A stretch of 64,000 nt of DNA from Promethearchaeia archaeon (GCA_029856125.1 JAHQWJ010000136.1:21514-85513); one strand, 5' to 3'; positions 1 through 10,664 are shown, numbered from the stretch's first letter. A program made the numbers and translations. The notes: a model not told the origin generated them from the letters alone.

Positions 1-808
1 CAGGTTCTGGAGGCTTTGTTAGGTTACCAGAGATTTTTGTTCCAATTAAAGTAAAGTTATAATAGAATGAAGGGCTGAAGGTTTGAATTTGTTGCGTTAG
101 CGACAAATCATCGTTAGGGTTTTGTGTTAAATCCCATGTTTCTAATGTTAGAGAATACTCAAATATGAAGTAAAGCGAAAAATTGTGAAAAGTTGCTGAG
201 AAGAAATTCTGATAGTTGAACACAAAATAATTATTAGAATCAATCGTATAATCGGCTTCATTAAGTTCTTCGATAATAGGATCAGTATTATTTTTCACAA
301 GTACTTGATTAAGAACTCTCGGATATAAGAGGGGATTATAGATTAAATAACCCTCAGAATTTTCTATGGAGCTATTAAACTGAACACTAATAGATTCGTT
401 AATTAACACTGTTATCTTGTTCGATCTAGGGATAGAATCATCGAGATTATTGAATTGGGCGATTTCAGTAGTTTCGAGATATGTGGTTTCTAAATAGGAG
501 ATCTTTAACGCTCCAGAGCTTAAATCGTCTACGAGATTAGGGTATTTTTCTGATTGATTGAAAACACCTTCTTCGTCGAATGAAAATTGTGTAATAGTTA
601 TGTTCCCAAGTCCCTGTTCAGGAGTATTAATAATTGGAGAGTAGTCATCTTCCGAAAAGGAACTAAGTTCGGGAATTATAGGGTTATCATTATTTTCAAG
701 ATTTAATGAGCTGAAATTTGAAGATGGATCAATAAGAATCAACGAGATTATCGTGCTCATTAGTATTATAACAATTATAATAGATTTCCTATAATTACTG
801 CTCTTCAT
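1..808 (-). CDS. Secreted/cell-surface protein, N-terminal part (runs off the window edge)
   Basis: Not in the ORF track because it is truncated. ATG at 808 opens MKSSNYRKSIIIIVIILMSTIISLILIDPSSNF..., a basic N-terminus plus hydrophobic signal/anchor helix, followed by an N/S/T/E-rich open frame to position 1. Confidence 0.75.
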   Translation of the reverse strand, partial: MKSSNYRKSIIIVIILMSTIISLILIDPSSNFSSLNLENNDNPIIPELSSFSEDDYSPIINTPEQGLGNITITQFSFDEEGVFNQSEKYPNLVDDLSSGALKISYLETTYLETTEIAQFNNLDDSIPRSNKITVLINESISVQFNSSIENSEGYLIYNPLLYPRVLNQVLVKNNTDPIIEELNEADYTIDSNNYFVFNYQNFFSATFHNFSLYFIFEYSLTLETWDLTQNPNDDLSLTQQIQTFSPSFYYNFTLIGTKISGNLTKPPEP

Positions 809-1086
809 CTTTATTTTAAATGTAAATTTTTTAATCAAAAAATTAAATAAAATTAATTAATTTTTCTTAGGATTTTAATTTTTACTTAAATTTCCGTGAA
901 TGTCTACTTATACGAATATTTATATTTATTGAATATATTTTTATATCATTCATAACGTCTTTAAAAGGCATATCTATTACCTTAAAACACATTATCAATA
1001 ATGAGGTAATTAAGAAGTTTAATACGACATATTAGTTTTTTCCAACTATAACAGATTAAACATATTATTGTCGAAAATCCTACTAA

Positions 1087-2487
1087 ATGATTTTTATGAG
1101 CCCAAAACCAGATCGTACTAAATTTTTAAAACACCTTAATACTGCTGTAGACTCTTTCGAGGATTATTCTCAAACTCATTATAATAATGCTATTGCAATT
1201 TCACATAATGATGCAGATGGGATTAGCAGCTTGCAAATTATTCAAAATTTGCTCCATAAAATGAAATTCAATTATGATTATTTCATCTATAATCGATCTG
1301 TTTCGTGGGGAAATTATTTAAATGGAATTTTACCAAAAACTCAAAACAGTAGAACCGCACTAATCTTTACTGATGTGGGTTCTAATCTAGCTGAATTAGT
1401 GCCTATTATTAAAAAGCGAAAAGAACATTTTTACATTCTTGATCACCATGAAGTCGATTGCGATTTAGCTTTAGAAGAACTTCCGGAAAATTTATTCTTT
1501 GTTAATCCTACGGTTTTTGGATTTGACGGTTTAGATCATGTATCGGGTGCTACTTTAGCTTATTTGTTCGCTAAAAAAATAAATGTATCGATTATAAAGC
1601 AAGGGTGGCTAGCCGTTATCGGAATTGCGGGAGACTCCTTACGATCCATGGAAAAACTCCAATCTTTTAACAAGGAAATTTATCAAGAAATATGCGATGA
1701 GGAACTTGTATTAGATAAGGAAGGTTTAATTCTCTTCGGAAGTATGCACGAATCTATAAAAAATGGTCTAAAGAATAGTATTTTGCCTTTTTTAATCGGA
1801 TATGGTGGTGAAGATGATCAAGCAATTAAAACCTTTTTAAGTAGCATAAGCATAAACCCCAATAAAAAAATTGTTGATTTAGAGAGGGATGAAATTCAAA
1901 AAATTCTTAAAAGTATAGATATAGATGTTGGCCATTATGCTTTATTACCTAAAAAGCAAGGTTTATTAAGATTCGCGTTTGAGCACGCGATACTGCTAAA
2001 CATCCTATCATTTAAAAATATTAGCGCTGCTATTTCGATCATAAACCAAAAATCTATTACGCGATACGCCAAAGAACTTTATAATGAATATATCAATACA
2101 CTGGTTAAAAATTTAAAAATATTAGCAAATGAATTACCTCGATACGAAACTAAAAGCTCTATTTTCATTGATGCCGGAAACGGTAAAATACCACCGAGCA
2201 ATTGGTCAGACACAGCAAGTTTTACTTCCGTTAACGGACTACTAAGACCCGATAAGATGTTATTTTTAGGTGGCCTCGAGAAGAAAACTCAAATGGTTAA
2301 ACTTAGTGTGAGGTGCTCTCGGCAATACTTAGAAAATGATCACATGGGTGTCAATGAAGTTATAAGTATGATTAAACAAAAACTTGGAGGAACGGGTGGT
2401 GGTCATAAATTAGCAGGAGGTATAAGATTATCTGTACCCTCATTTAAAATACTTAAGAAAAATGCTGACGATTTTATAGCATTTTAG
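1087..2487 (+). CDS. DHH-family phosphoesterase, RecJ/GAN/Cdc45-like nuclease
   Basis: Motifs SHNDADG, FTDVG, ILDHH, GD, and C-terminal DHHA1 GGTGGGHKLAGG. Confidence 0.85.
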   Translation: MIFMSPKPDRTKFLKHLNTAVDSFEDYSQTHYNNAIAISHNDADGISSLQIIQNLLHKMKFNYDYFIYNRSVSWGNYLNGILPKTQNSRTALIFTDVGSNLAELVPIIKKRKEHFYILDHHEVDCDLALEELPENLFFVNPTVFGFDGLDHVSGATLAYLFAKKINVSIIKQGWLAVIGIAGDSLRSMEKLQSFNKEIYQEICDEELVLDKEGLILFGSMHESIKNGLKNSILPFLIGYGGEDDQAIKTFLSSISINPNKKIVDLERDEIQKILKSIDIDVGHYALLPKKQGLLRFAFEHAILLNILSFKNISAAISIINQKSITRYAKELYNEYINTLVKNLKILANELPRYETKSSIFIDAGNGKIPPSNWSDTASFTSVNGLLRPDKMLFLGGLEKKTQMVKLSVRCSRQYLENDHMGVNEVISMIKQKLGGTGGGHKLAGGIRLSVPSFKILKKNADDFIAF

Positions 2488-2505
2488 GTTTAATGAATCA
2501 TTATC

Positions 2506-2811
2506 ATGGTTTTTTTCGAAGATAGCCCAAACCGAACAATTAAATTAAAGATAAGAGTTAAAACAAACTCTAAAGTACAAAAAATATCATACAACCAATT
2601 TACAGATTCTTGGATTTCAATTAATTTAAAATCTAAGCCTGTAAAAAATAAGGCGAATAAAGAATTAATTAAATTACTAAGTAAAAAGCTAAGTATTGCG
2701 ACCAATCAGATTAAAATAATTGCGGGACCGAAAAATGCGAATAAAACGATTCAAATTAGATTTTATGAAGATATATCTAAACCAAAAATATTAGAAAAAT
2801 TAGCAAATTAA
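2506..2811 (+). CDS. DUF167/YggU family protein
   Basis: VKTNSK...P.KNKANKELIKLLSK.L......IKIIAG...NK pattern typical of DUF167. Confidence 0.8.
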   Translation: MVFFEDSPNRTIKLKIRVKTNSKVQKISYNQFTDSWISINLKSKPVKNKANKELIKLLSKKLSIATNQIKIIAGPKNANKTIQIRFYEDISKPKILEKLAN

Positions 2812-3162
2812 TTAAGATCCAATTTTTATCATCTTTCCACACCTTAAACAGGTAATAAAGTGAGTCATACCCTCGTCAGCACTTCGAGTTTGTCTCGTTT
2901 CTAAGTGTGCTTTGTCGTAACCACATCGTCTGCATTTAAAATTTTTAATAGAACTTCTTAAATTTTCTTCCTTCCATTTCATTACTTCAGCAAGATTTGA
3001 GACTTCTTCCCTAATGGGTTGTTCAATTTTGGTTTTTAAGATATATGAATCAACATTTTCCTCCAAAAGAGGTTTGATGTAACCACATTTACATTTAAAC
3101 ACTTTCTGACCATTTGCTGTTGAGGGTAACATCATAGAGCCACATTCATCGCAAAATTGCAT
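2812..3162 (-). CDS. tfs: Transcription factor S (TFS / RpoM-like)
   Basis: N-terminal FCDECGSMM zinc ribbon; C-terminal CRRCG...QTRSADEGMTHFITCLRCG with the catalytic acidic DE hairpin. Confidence 0.9.
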   Translation of the reverse strand: MQFCDECGSMMLPSTANGQKVFKCKCGYIKPLLEENVDSYILKTKIEQPIREEVSNLAEVMKWKEENLRSSIKNFKCRRCGYDKAHLETRQTRSADEGMTHFITCLRCGKMIKIGS

Positions 3163-3235
3163 TTTTCTGGTCGAGTTAAGAAATTTTATTATTTTTTAAA
3201 TAGTGTTTCAATAACAAAAATTTATCCTTCTAAAT

Positions 3236-4198
3236 CTAAAAATTCAAACCAAATAATAAAGCACAAAAAATTACACCCGCTAAAAGATCTGCGGTTGTAC
3301 CAGGATTTAGCTTTCCATTTCGTTTTTGAAGTTTTTTATCAAATTTAATTGTTGACTTTAATCCTTTTTTAGTAGAAATTCCTCCTTGTGAAATGATTTT
3401 TGAAGCCATTTCTGAAACTTCCACTGCTCCCGGTTTACCTACTTTGCGAATAATCAAGGTATCTAAATGACTAGATAGTAATTTCAGAAAAGTATTCACA
3501 ATTGTTTTATTTATGTTTCGATTGTCCTTAAAACTATCAAGAAAGTAAGGTAAACCCTCCTTTAAAACGATTTTAAACCCAGTAGCATACTCTCTGCTTA
3601 TTAAATCGTAATCTTGAGATTTTTTAAAAATTTCCTTAAGATTTATTTCATCTCGGATGATTTCTTTGTTAGCACTTGGATTATTAACATCATACTTATC
3701 AATTTGGCCTAATCCTCCTGGATTGCTAAGTTTAATAGCCTCATATAAATGCAATGTGTCATTAACTGTAGTATCTTCTATTATCTTGCTTAATATTGAC
3801 TCAAAATCTATAAGTCTATTTTTTTTTAACTTTATGCATATTGAAGCTGCAGACGAGAGGGGGGCTAAGATAAGAATATGCCCTAATATTACATTTCCTC
3901 CTGTTTGCCACTTCATCATTTCTATGACAGACTCTTTAAAAAATACACCTAATTCGATGTTACTAAACGATTGCTCATCATTATTAATAGAAGTATAAAC
4001 ATTTTTACAGAGTAATCTTAGATTAGGTTGAATGGCAGAAATTCCAGCTAAAAAGTGCTCAAAACTTGTGCCTTTAAAATTTTTCGTTCTGTGCACATTT
4101 CCTGGTTTTGGCCATCCAGAAAGTTCTAACAAACTCGAAAGGTTTATGCACCTTAGCAAATCATCGAGCGACTCGATAGCAATTTCTATACTAGACAC
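3236..4198 (-). CDS. CitG-family triphosphoribosyl-dephospho-CoA synthase-like protein
   Basis: LLELSGWPKPGNVHR, DTLIIRK and LNPGTTADL motifs of archaeal CitG homologs. Confidence 0.85.
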   Translation of the reverse strand: MSSIEIAIESLDDLLRCINLSSLLELSGWPKPGNVHRTKNFKGTSFEHFLAGISAIQPNLRLLCKNVYTSINNDEQSFSNIELGVFFKESVIEMMKWQTGGNVILGHILILAPLSSAASICIKLKKNRLIDFESILSKIIEDTTVNDTLHLYEAIKLSNPGGLGQIDKYDVNNPSANKEIIRDEINLKEIFKKSQDYDLISREYATGFKIVLKEGLPYFLDSFKDNRNINKTIVNTFLKLLSSHLDTLIIRKVGKPGAVEVSEMASKIISQGGISTKKGLKSTIKFDKKLQKRNGKLNPGTTADLLAGVIFCALLFGLNF

Positions 4199-4246
4199 GT
4201 TAGAAATATTTACTTTTAAAATTAATATAGGTTAGTTATAGATGAG

Positions 4247-4558
4247 TTAGTAATAGGTTAATTCTAAAGTTCTTTTCTCCTTAATTCGATAACCCTTAAT
4301 ATCAGAGCTATTATAAGAAATCGGTCTATATTTCTCTGTTAATTTTTTTCGATGCAGAAACTTCTTGATCCTTAATTTAATCACTCTATTTGACATTTTG
4401 CTTGGCACAGTCAATTCTATGCTGTTTCCACTTCGAGAAATTTCTATCTGTGGTAATTGTTCTTCGAGATACCTTAATAGATCCTCAATATATTGTTCCT
4501 TTTCGATTGATAAATCTTTTACGTCAATAGTTAATTCTTTAGTATTATCTTCACTCAA
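4247..4558 (-). CDS. rpl22e: Ribosomal protein eL22 (L22e)
   Basis: LTID...YLEE...ISRSGNSIELT....SNRVIKLRIKKFLHRKKL....R aligns by eye with eukaryotic eL22 (FTID...FLQE..IERSKSKITV...[20 protein letters not shown]). TTG start behind AGTGA. Confidence 0.8.
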   Translation of the reverse strand: MSEDNTKELTIDVKDLSIEKEQYIEDLLRYLEEQLPQIEISRSGNSIELTVPSKMSNRVIKLRIKKFLHRKKLTEKYRPISYNSSDIKGYRIKEKRTLELTYY

Positions 4559-4653
4559 ATTCTAATCACTCTATATTATAATTAAAGACATTATTAATCT
4601 TTTTCCAATAATAATATAACAAAAACAAGAGTGAATAGATAATGTCAAGAAAA

Positions 4654-5928
4654 TTATATCGGTGTTTCTGCTCCCCACAGATCTAATGCTTGTTTTAATT
4701 CAGCATGAGTTTTAGCGTATTCTTTTACGCTAATGTTATCCATATAAGCATCAATTGCTTGCCTTAAGGCCTTCGCACCGCTTCGTGTACCACCGGGGTG
4801 ACCAAGCACACCTCCTCCGACTTGAACCGCAATATCCATTGATAAAAGCTCTATTAAACGATGAATTATTCCTGGATGTACTCCTCCGGAGCATACGCTT
4901 AAAACATTTTTCATTCCGTACCAATTCTGCTCTAAGACCTCTAAATCGGCCTTGTTAGAATTTTGAGCAATCTTCTTATAATTATTCAACACTTCTGTTT
5001 TATCACCTGCTAATTTTCCTAAACCTCCAATGTGGAGCTGATCTACGCCTTGCATTCTCGCTATTTCAGCAAGTACTTTCATGCTCATCCCGTGATTTGG
5101 ATTTCTATCAAATGCAGCATGAAACGCTCTATGAGCATGTATCGCTAAACCTAATTTTTCACATTCCTTTCTAACTGTTTGAACAGCCGCCCAACCAATA
5201 GTCAATATATCGATCATAACATATTCGTTGTTAAAATCTTTTACTAACTTCGCGCGACGCTTCATTTCGTCAACTTCAGAGGTAATATTTATTAAATAAC
5301 TTTTTCTTTCTCCTGTTTCATTTTCTGCTTTATCTCTCATTTTCATACTAAGGTCGAGCCTTTTTTCGAATCTATTAAACCTCTGATTCGATAAGTTTTC
5401 GTCGTCTTTTAATAGATCTACTCCTCCTGTCCAGATTTCGTACCCGTGTTGAGCGTGCTCCTCTGCATAATACCCTACTTTTGGTTTCGGAACAGTAGCT
5501 GTAATTGGTCTCTTCTTAACTTTAAGTAAATCCCTAATTCCCTTTATCCCATACTGAGGGCCTTTAAAGGAATTTAATATGTTTTTAGGCCACTTCACAT
5601 CGACTAACCTTAGACCATCTAAAGCTTTCATACCAAAAATATTTCCGGCAATAGAACTTAAAATTTGAGGCATATTTCCTTCCTCAAATAAATCGTTGGG
5701 ATATGCGATTTTAACATAACTATCATTTATATCATAAACTTTAGCACTTAAAGCTCGAATATGTTCAGGAATTTTAAGTGTCGTCCAAGTACCGTTACTG
5801 CTTTCAGCAGCAACCCTAATAGCTACTTTTTCAATTGAAAAACCGCTGGCAGGTTTAATTTTAAACAAACAAATTAGGTCTTCCTCATTTGGTTCATACG
5901 CTAAATCTAAAAAATCTTCATATTTAAT
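4654..5928 (-). CDS. rbcL: Form III RuBisCO large subunit
   Basis: AAESSNGTWT, SIAGNIFGMK, KPKVG, LLKDDENL (carbamylation motif), HAHRA, SGGVH, GGGVLGHP. The ORF track starts at 5868, but conserved YEDFLDLAYEP extends in frame to an ATT at 5928. Confidence 0.95.
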   Translation of the reverse strand: MKYEDFLDLAYEPNEEDLICLFKIKPASGFSIEKVAIRVAAESSNGTWTTLKIPEHIRALSAKVYDINDSYVKIAYPNDLFEEGNMPQILSSIAGNIFGMKALDGLRLVDVKWPKNILNSFKGPQYGIKGIRDLLKVKKRPITATVPKPKVGYYAEEHAQHGYEIWTGGVDLLKDDENLSNQRFNRFEKRLDLSMKMRDKAENETGERKSYLINITSEVDEMKRRAKLVKDFNNEYVMIDILTIGWAAVQTVRKECEKLGLAIHAHRAFHAAFDRNPNHGMSMKVLAEIARMQGVDQLHIGGLGKLAGDKTEVLNNYKKIAQNSNKADLEVLEQNWYGMKNVLSVCSGGVHPGIIHRLIELLSMDIAVQVGGGVLGHPGGTRSGAKALRQAIDAYMDNISVKEYAKTHAELKQALDLWGAETPI

Positions 5929-5950
5929 TTCTAAATCACCTTAAACTTAT

Positions 5951-6901
5951 TTAAATCATATCTGGATATAACTTTGTAAAGTAATTATGCACATGGCTAC
6001 TCGCAAAAATTCCCGCCTCTGTAATTAAACCGTCTATGTACCTCCTACTTACAGTTTCAAAGGCAGGATTTAAAATTTCTAGACCTGCTGGTGGATTTTC
6101 CCATATCTCTGAAGTTTCTCGCATTTCAATTTTTTCAATGACGCCAAATGAAGTTTGAGGATTATATTTCAAAAGGGGAGTAGCAACATAAAACGGAACG
6201 TGTTCTTCGTGGGCTACTAGAGCTAATAATCTTGATCCTATTTTGTTTAAAACGGTTCCCTCGCTTGTAACGCTATCTGCTCCGATAATAATAAGATTAA
6301 CCTCGTAGTGATTTACAGCCCACCGCATAGCACTATCCACGACATGATAAACCTTTATTCCGACGTCTAATAACTCTTTCGCTGTTTGTCTTCCTTGAAG
6401 GCGAGGTTGGGTTTCGGTATTTATCACATTAAAGTGTTTACCTTGCTTTTTTGCTTCTAATAGGATACCTGTTACCACAGATGAGTGACAATGTGTCATA
6501 ATGAGATAACTATCATCTGATTCTACAAAAGGAATTCTTCTAGCTCCAATTTCAGCAATTTTTTTTTTAGAATTATGAATCATAGCTTGATATTTATTTT
6601 TATAGCGATTGATTAACTCCAAAAAGTGATCTTCCTTGAATTCGTGTTTAGGTTTTTTCAATCTATTTATTATGAAATTAAGTCCATTTCTCAACGCCGG
6701 CTCAGTTGGGCGTGCTTTAAACAGTATTTCCTTTGCCTCTTCTAATTTGTTTAAAAACTCTTCAGCAGTATTGTAATCCGCTAGCCTTTGGGCGTAACTA
6801 TTCAAAAAATCGATAGCACTTAGAGCTACATTTGTCGCTCCTTGTATTTCTAGCGATTTAATCTTTTCAGCATCTATTAATAATTGTTTAATTTCAATCA
6901 C
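5951..6901 (-). CDS. Ribose-1,5-bisphosphate isomerase (eIF2B-like family)
   Basis: IQGATNVA, RPTEPALRN, THCHSS, ETQPRLQG, GADSV, NKIGS, NPAFE; adjacent to form III RuBisCO. Confidence 0.9.
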   Translation of the reverse strand: MIEIKQLLIDAEKIKSLEIQGATNVALSAIDFLNSYAQRLADYNTAEEFLNKLEEAKEILFKARPTEPALRNGLNFIINRLKKPKHEFKEDHFLELINRYKNKYQAMIHNSKKKIAEIGARRIPFVESDDSYLIMTHCHSSVVTGILLEAKKQGKHFNVINTETQPRLQGRQTAKELLDVGIKVYHVVDSAMRWAVNHYEVNLIIIGADSVTSEGTVLNKIGSRLLALVAHEEHVPFYVATPLLKYNPQTSFGVIEKIEMRETSEIWENPPAGLEILNPAFETVSRRYIDGLITEAGIFASSHVHNYFTKLYPDMI

Positions 6902-6949
6902 CTATTTTTTCTTAAGTAATATTAAAACAACCATGATTTTTCAGTGTAT

Positions 6950-7150
6950 TCATTCATTATTCGTATCACCTTCATGAGAATTATTATCTTCTTTATAATC
7001 TTCAGGATCGATTTCAATAAAAAGAGGACCAATATAATTACACGAGGGCGAAATACACTCAAACATATTTGGTGTTAACCAACCAGAAACATTTACGGCA
7101 TTTTTTAAGGTAGCATTCTTACATTTTGGACAAATTCTAATGCGTGCCAT
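6950..7150 (-). CDS. Small zinc-ribbon protein
   Basis: MARIRICPKC...SGWLTP.MFECISPSCNYIGP. ATG at 7150 preferred over the TTG at 7207. Confidence 0.7.
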   Translation of the reverse strand: MARIRICPKCKNATLKNAVNVSGWLTPNMFECISPSCNYIGPLFIEIDPEDYKEDNNSHEGDTNNE

Positions 7151-7373
7151 TTTACTAATATTAATTAATTTATTTTGATTGTTTTTAGCATGATAAGGAA
7201 TAAGCAAAAATTAATCTTCTGCTCTCTCTCACCTAAAAATTGGAAGGTATATTCCATAATCATAAATAACATTTAGTCTCTTTCATTATTAATATAATAA
7301 ATTACCATTTAGTAGAAACGATTTAAAACTAAAATTCCTAATCTATATTTGAAAAACTGAATATTTTAAAAAA

Positions 7374-9206
7374 ATGAGTAAAATTGACCTAGAGCGAAAA
7401 AGTTTACCCAACGAGCCAGGCGTATATTTTTTTCTCAATAATAAAAAAACGATTATTTACATCGGGAAAGCCATAAATTTAAAGAAAAGGGTAAATCAGT
7501 ATTTTCTCAAAACAATTTATAACGATCCATTTTACGAAGAGAAAATTAAGGAACTCGTTAAAAATATTCATTCTATCAATTATATAGTTACAGAAAACGA
7601 AAAAGAAGCAAAAATACTCGAAAATATACAAATTAAGAAGCATCTACCGCGTTTTAATGTGGTAATGCGCGACTCAAAGACATATCCTTGGGTTGGCATC
7701 TTTTATTCTGAAAAATTTCCCCGAATCAGAATTATAAGGGGACCAGAAAAATACTCAAAAGAAAACCTATTTTTGGGCCCTTTCACTGATAAAAAGGAAA
7801 TCACAAGAATATTACGTGATTTACGCAAGATATTCCCTTATTGTTCTTGTATAAAAAGAGTTAAAATAAAAAAAAGACCGTGTCTATATTACCAATTGAA
7901 ATTATGTCCGGGACCTTGTATCGAAGCCATAACAGAAGAAGATTACACGCAGAATGTGAAGCAAATAGAATTGTTTCTCAAAGGACAAACAGATGAATTA
8001 AAAGAGCAGATTAACGAAAAGATGAGGTCTGCGGCTCTGGCACAAAATTACGAAATAGCTGGTTTTTGGAGAGATAAACTTCAAGCTATTGATAATTCTA
8101 CAACCTCTCAGAATGTTTTATTAGATCGTAAAGAAAATAAGGACGTTATAGGCTATTTTAGAGACAAAGATCAGAAATATATTGCAATGGTAATAATTCA
8201 CATTCGCGAAGGTAAGATCGCTAAAAAAAGCTCTTTTCCTGTGAATATAGAAGATAAAATCGTTCAAAAGAAAGATATTTTCCCTTTGATATTGGAACAA
8301 TTTTACCAAGACCTTACGCACGATTTACCCGATATCATAATAATTCCCGAGTTTTATGAAGGAGTTAATTTGTTTAAGGAAATCCTTAACGAACATAAAA
8401 CAGACCTAAAAATAAGGCTTCCCCTTGAAGAGGAATATGGTTTGCTTAGAATAGCTAATAAAAACGCAAAAGTAATAGTAGATCAAGAAATCCTAATGAA
8501 AGAGATTAAAAGAAAAGAAGAAAACAAAATTCACGAAGCTCTGGAAGAAGCTAAAGAGATTTTAAATTTGCCTAAAATACCTAGGATTATTGAAGGATTT
8601 GATATTTCAAATATTGAAGGAACAGATGCAACCGGATCTATGGTTTATTTTCTTGAAGGGCACCCATATAATAAATACTACCGACACTTCAAAATTCGCA
8701 CAAAATCGACTCCCGACGATGTAGCAATGATGAAAGAAGTTATAAAACGAAGGTACACAATGTTAATTGAGAACAATTTATCATTACCAGATTTAATTCT
8801 TGTTGATGGGGGAAAGGGGCAACTTAACGCGGGATATTCTGTTTTAAAAGAACTTGGTATTGAAGGCATTCCAATCATTGGATTAGCTAAAAAATTTGAA
8901 GAGATTTTTGTCCCTAACGAGAAGAATCCTATAATATTACCTAAAAATTCAAATCTCCTTAAAATCTTTCAAAGAGTTAGAGATGAGGCTCACCGCTTCG
9001 CTGTTAAACTTCATAAAAAGCAACGGGAGAAACGTGTGAAAAGATCGGTTTTAGATGACATTAAAGGGATAGGACCTGCGACTAGAAATAAACTACTTAA
9101 ACATTTTGGAAGTGTAGAAAATATCAAAAAGGCAGTTCCTGAAGCTATAGCTCAGGTAGTAGGGAAAAAATTAGCTGATACCATATTAAAAGAGTTAAGT
9201 AATTAG
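7374..9206 (+). CDS. uvrC: Excinuclease ABC subunit C
   Basis: GIY-YIG (PGVY...YIGKA), Cys cluster, UVR domain, FDISN, DGGKGQ, RDEAHRFA, C-terminal HhH. Confidence 0.97.
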   Translation: MSKIDLERKSLPNEPGVYFFLNNKKTIIYIGKAINLKKRVNQYFLKTIYNDPFYEEKIKELVKNIHSINYIVTENEKEAKILENIQIKKHLPRFNVVMRDSKTYPWVGIFYSEKFPRIRIIRGPEKYSKENLFLGPFTDKKEITRILRDLRKIFPYCSCIKRVKIKKRPCLYYQLKLCPGPCIEAITEEDYTQNVKQIELFLKGQTDELKEQINEKMRSAALAQNYEIAGFWRDKLQAIDNSTTSQNVLLDRKENKDVIGYFRDKDQKYIAMVIIHIREGKIAKKSSFPVNIEDKIVQKKDIFPLILEQFYQDLTHDLPDIIIIPEFYEGVNLFKEILNEHKTDLKIRLPLEEEYGLLRIANKNAKVIVDQEILMKEIKRKEENKIHEALEEAKEILNLPKIPRIIEGFDISNIEGTDATGSMVYFLEGHPYNKYYRHFKIRTKSTPDDVAMMKEVIKRRYTMLIENNLSLPDLILVDGGKGQLNAGYSVLKELGIEGIPIIGLAKKFEEIFVPNEKNPIILPKNSNLLKIFQRVRDEAHRFAVKLHKKQREKRVKRSVLDDIKGIGPATRNKLLKHFGSVENIKKAVPEAIAQVVGKKLADTILKELSN

Positions 9207-9213
9207 ATTCACC

Positions 9214-10641
9214 TTACATACTGTCGATCACTAGTGTCACAAGTTCAGCTGTTGCTTCGCAATAAACTCTAGCTAAAGAATCTCTTTTTGCTTCACTTAT
9301 AACCCTGATTACTGCCTCTGTATTTGACGGGTGGATTAGCACAAACCAATCTTTTCCTTTACCAAACCGTAGATCATTACCATATTGATTAACTTCTTCA
9401 CCTTCGCTAATCAATTCTTGTTTAACTTTAGATATAATTATTCTGACATCTTTAGAGTTTATTTTAATTCTTCTTCGATGGGAAAAGAACTTTGGAAGCC
9501 GAGCGACAAGTTTCGATAAAATTTCTCCTGTTTCAACCATGATTTCAATAATTTTAGCTGCTGCAAAAAGACCGTCCCTAGTATTGTTAAAATCGGGAAA
9601 TATAACTCCTCCACATGAACCTTCTCCGCCAAATATCGAAGATTTTGGTTGATCATGTAAGAGCTTATGCATTTTTTCAACCAAAAAAACCTCTCCGATT
9701 TGGGTTCTTATTACTTGTGCGTTATACTTCTCAGCTATAACTTCAAACATTAGCGAAGAAGCTAAATTTGTAACAAATATGAATTCTTTAGCTTCGCTAA
9801 GGTTATTCTTCAATAAATGTTCTGTTATAAGAGCTAATCCAATATCTTCAGGATAACAAACCCCATTTTCACCAATAATTGCTAATCGATCCGCATCAGA
9901 ATCGTGGGCGAAACCCACATCAAATTTACCTTGCCAGACTTCCATTATTATATCTTTAAGGTTTTTAGATACAGGTTCAATCTCTCTAGGAAAAGTATCG
10001 TTTACAAGTAGCTCGTTGTTGATAACTTTAACTTCACACCCCAGACCAGCAAGAATTTGGGGTGTAGCACATTTTCCTGCTCCTGCCCCCGTATCAAGGA
10101 CTACCCTAAGATTATTTTCTTTTTTTATTTTTTTTACATTTATATGGTTATAAAGTGCTTTGATGTAATTTGGAATAGGGTTAATGAATCTAACATTTTT
10201 CTTTATTGTCTTGTTATTCACGTTATAATTTCTGAAATTATCACTCTGTAAAGAAAGAGAAATTTTATCTAGATCATGATTATGCAAATAAGATATTGAA
10301 GATAATAGTTTTAGACCGTTCCATTCCGGTGAATTATGAGATCCTGTAATTATAATCCCGGTGGGTATGTTTAGTAGATTTTTTGTATGAATAATAATTG
10401 GCGTGGGACATATTCCTACATTGATTACTTCAAATCCCGTTGCAACTAATCCTTCAATTATTCCCCTTTCAATAACCTTACCACTTGGTCTTGTGTCCCG
10501 TCCTACGATAACTTCTCTATTTTCACTATCAGCCAGATTACCAAACGAAATAGCAATTTTCTTTGCGATTTCAAAGTTAAGATCTTTTCCATATATCCCT
10601 CGGATTCCGCTAAAAGTGAAAATTAAGTTGGACCCTCCCAT
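9214..10641 (-). CDS. Phosphohexomutase (PGM/PMM/GlmM family)
   Basis: SGIRG, TGSHN phosphoserine loop, HDSDADR metal loop, GGEGS. Confidence 0.9.
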   Translation of the reverse strand: MGGSNLIFTFSGIRGIYGKDLNFEIAKKIAISFGNLADSENREVIVGRDTRPSGKVIERGIIEGLVATGFEVINVGICPTPIIIHTKNLLNIPTGIIITGSHNSPEWNGLKLLSSISYLHNHDLDKISLSLQSDNFRNYNVNNKTIKKNVRFINPIPNYIKALYNHINVKKIKKENNLRVVLDTGAGAGKCATPQILAGLGCEVKVINNELLVNDTFPREIEPVSKNLKDIIMEVWQGKFDVGFAHDSDADRLAIIGENGVCYPEDIGLALITEHLLKNNLSEAKEFIFVTNLASSLMFEVIAEKYNAQVIRTQIGEVFLVEKMHKLLHDQPKSSIFGGEGSCGGVIFPDFNNTRDGLFAAAKIIEIMVETGEILSKLVARLPKFFSHRRRIKINSKDVRIIISKVKQELISEGEEVNQYGNDLRFGKGKDWFVLIHPSNTEAVIRVISEAKRDSLARVYCEATAELVTLVIDSM

Positions 10642-10664
10642 GATTTATCGTGGATTGAAAACTT

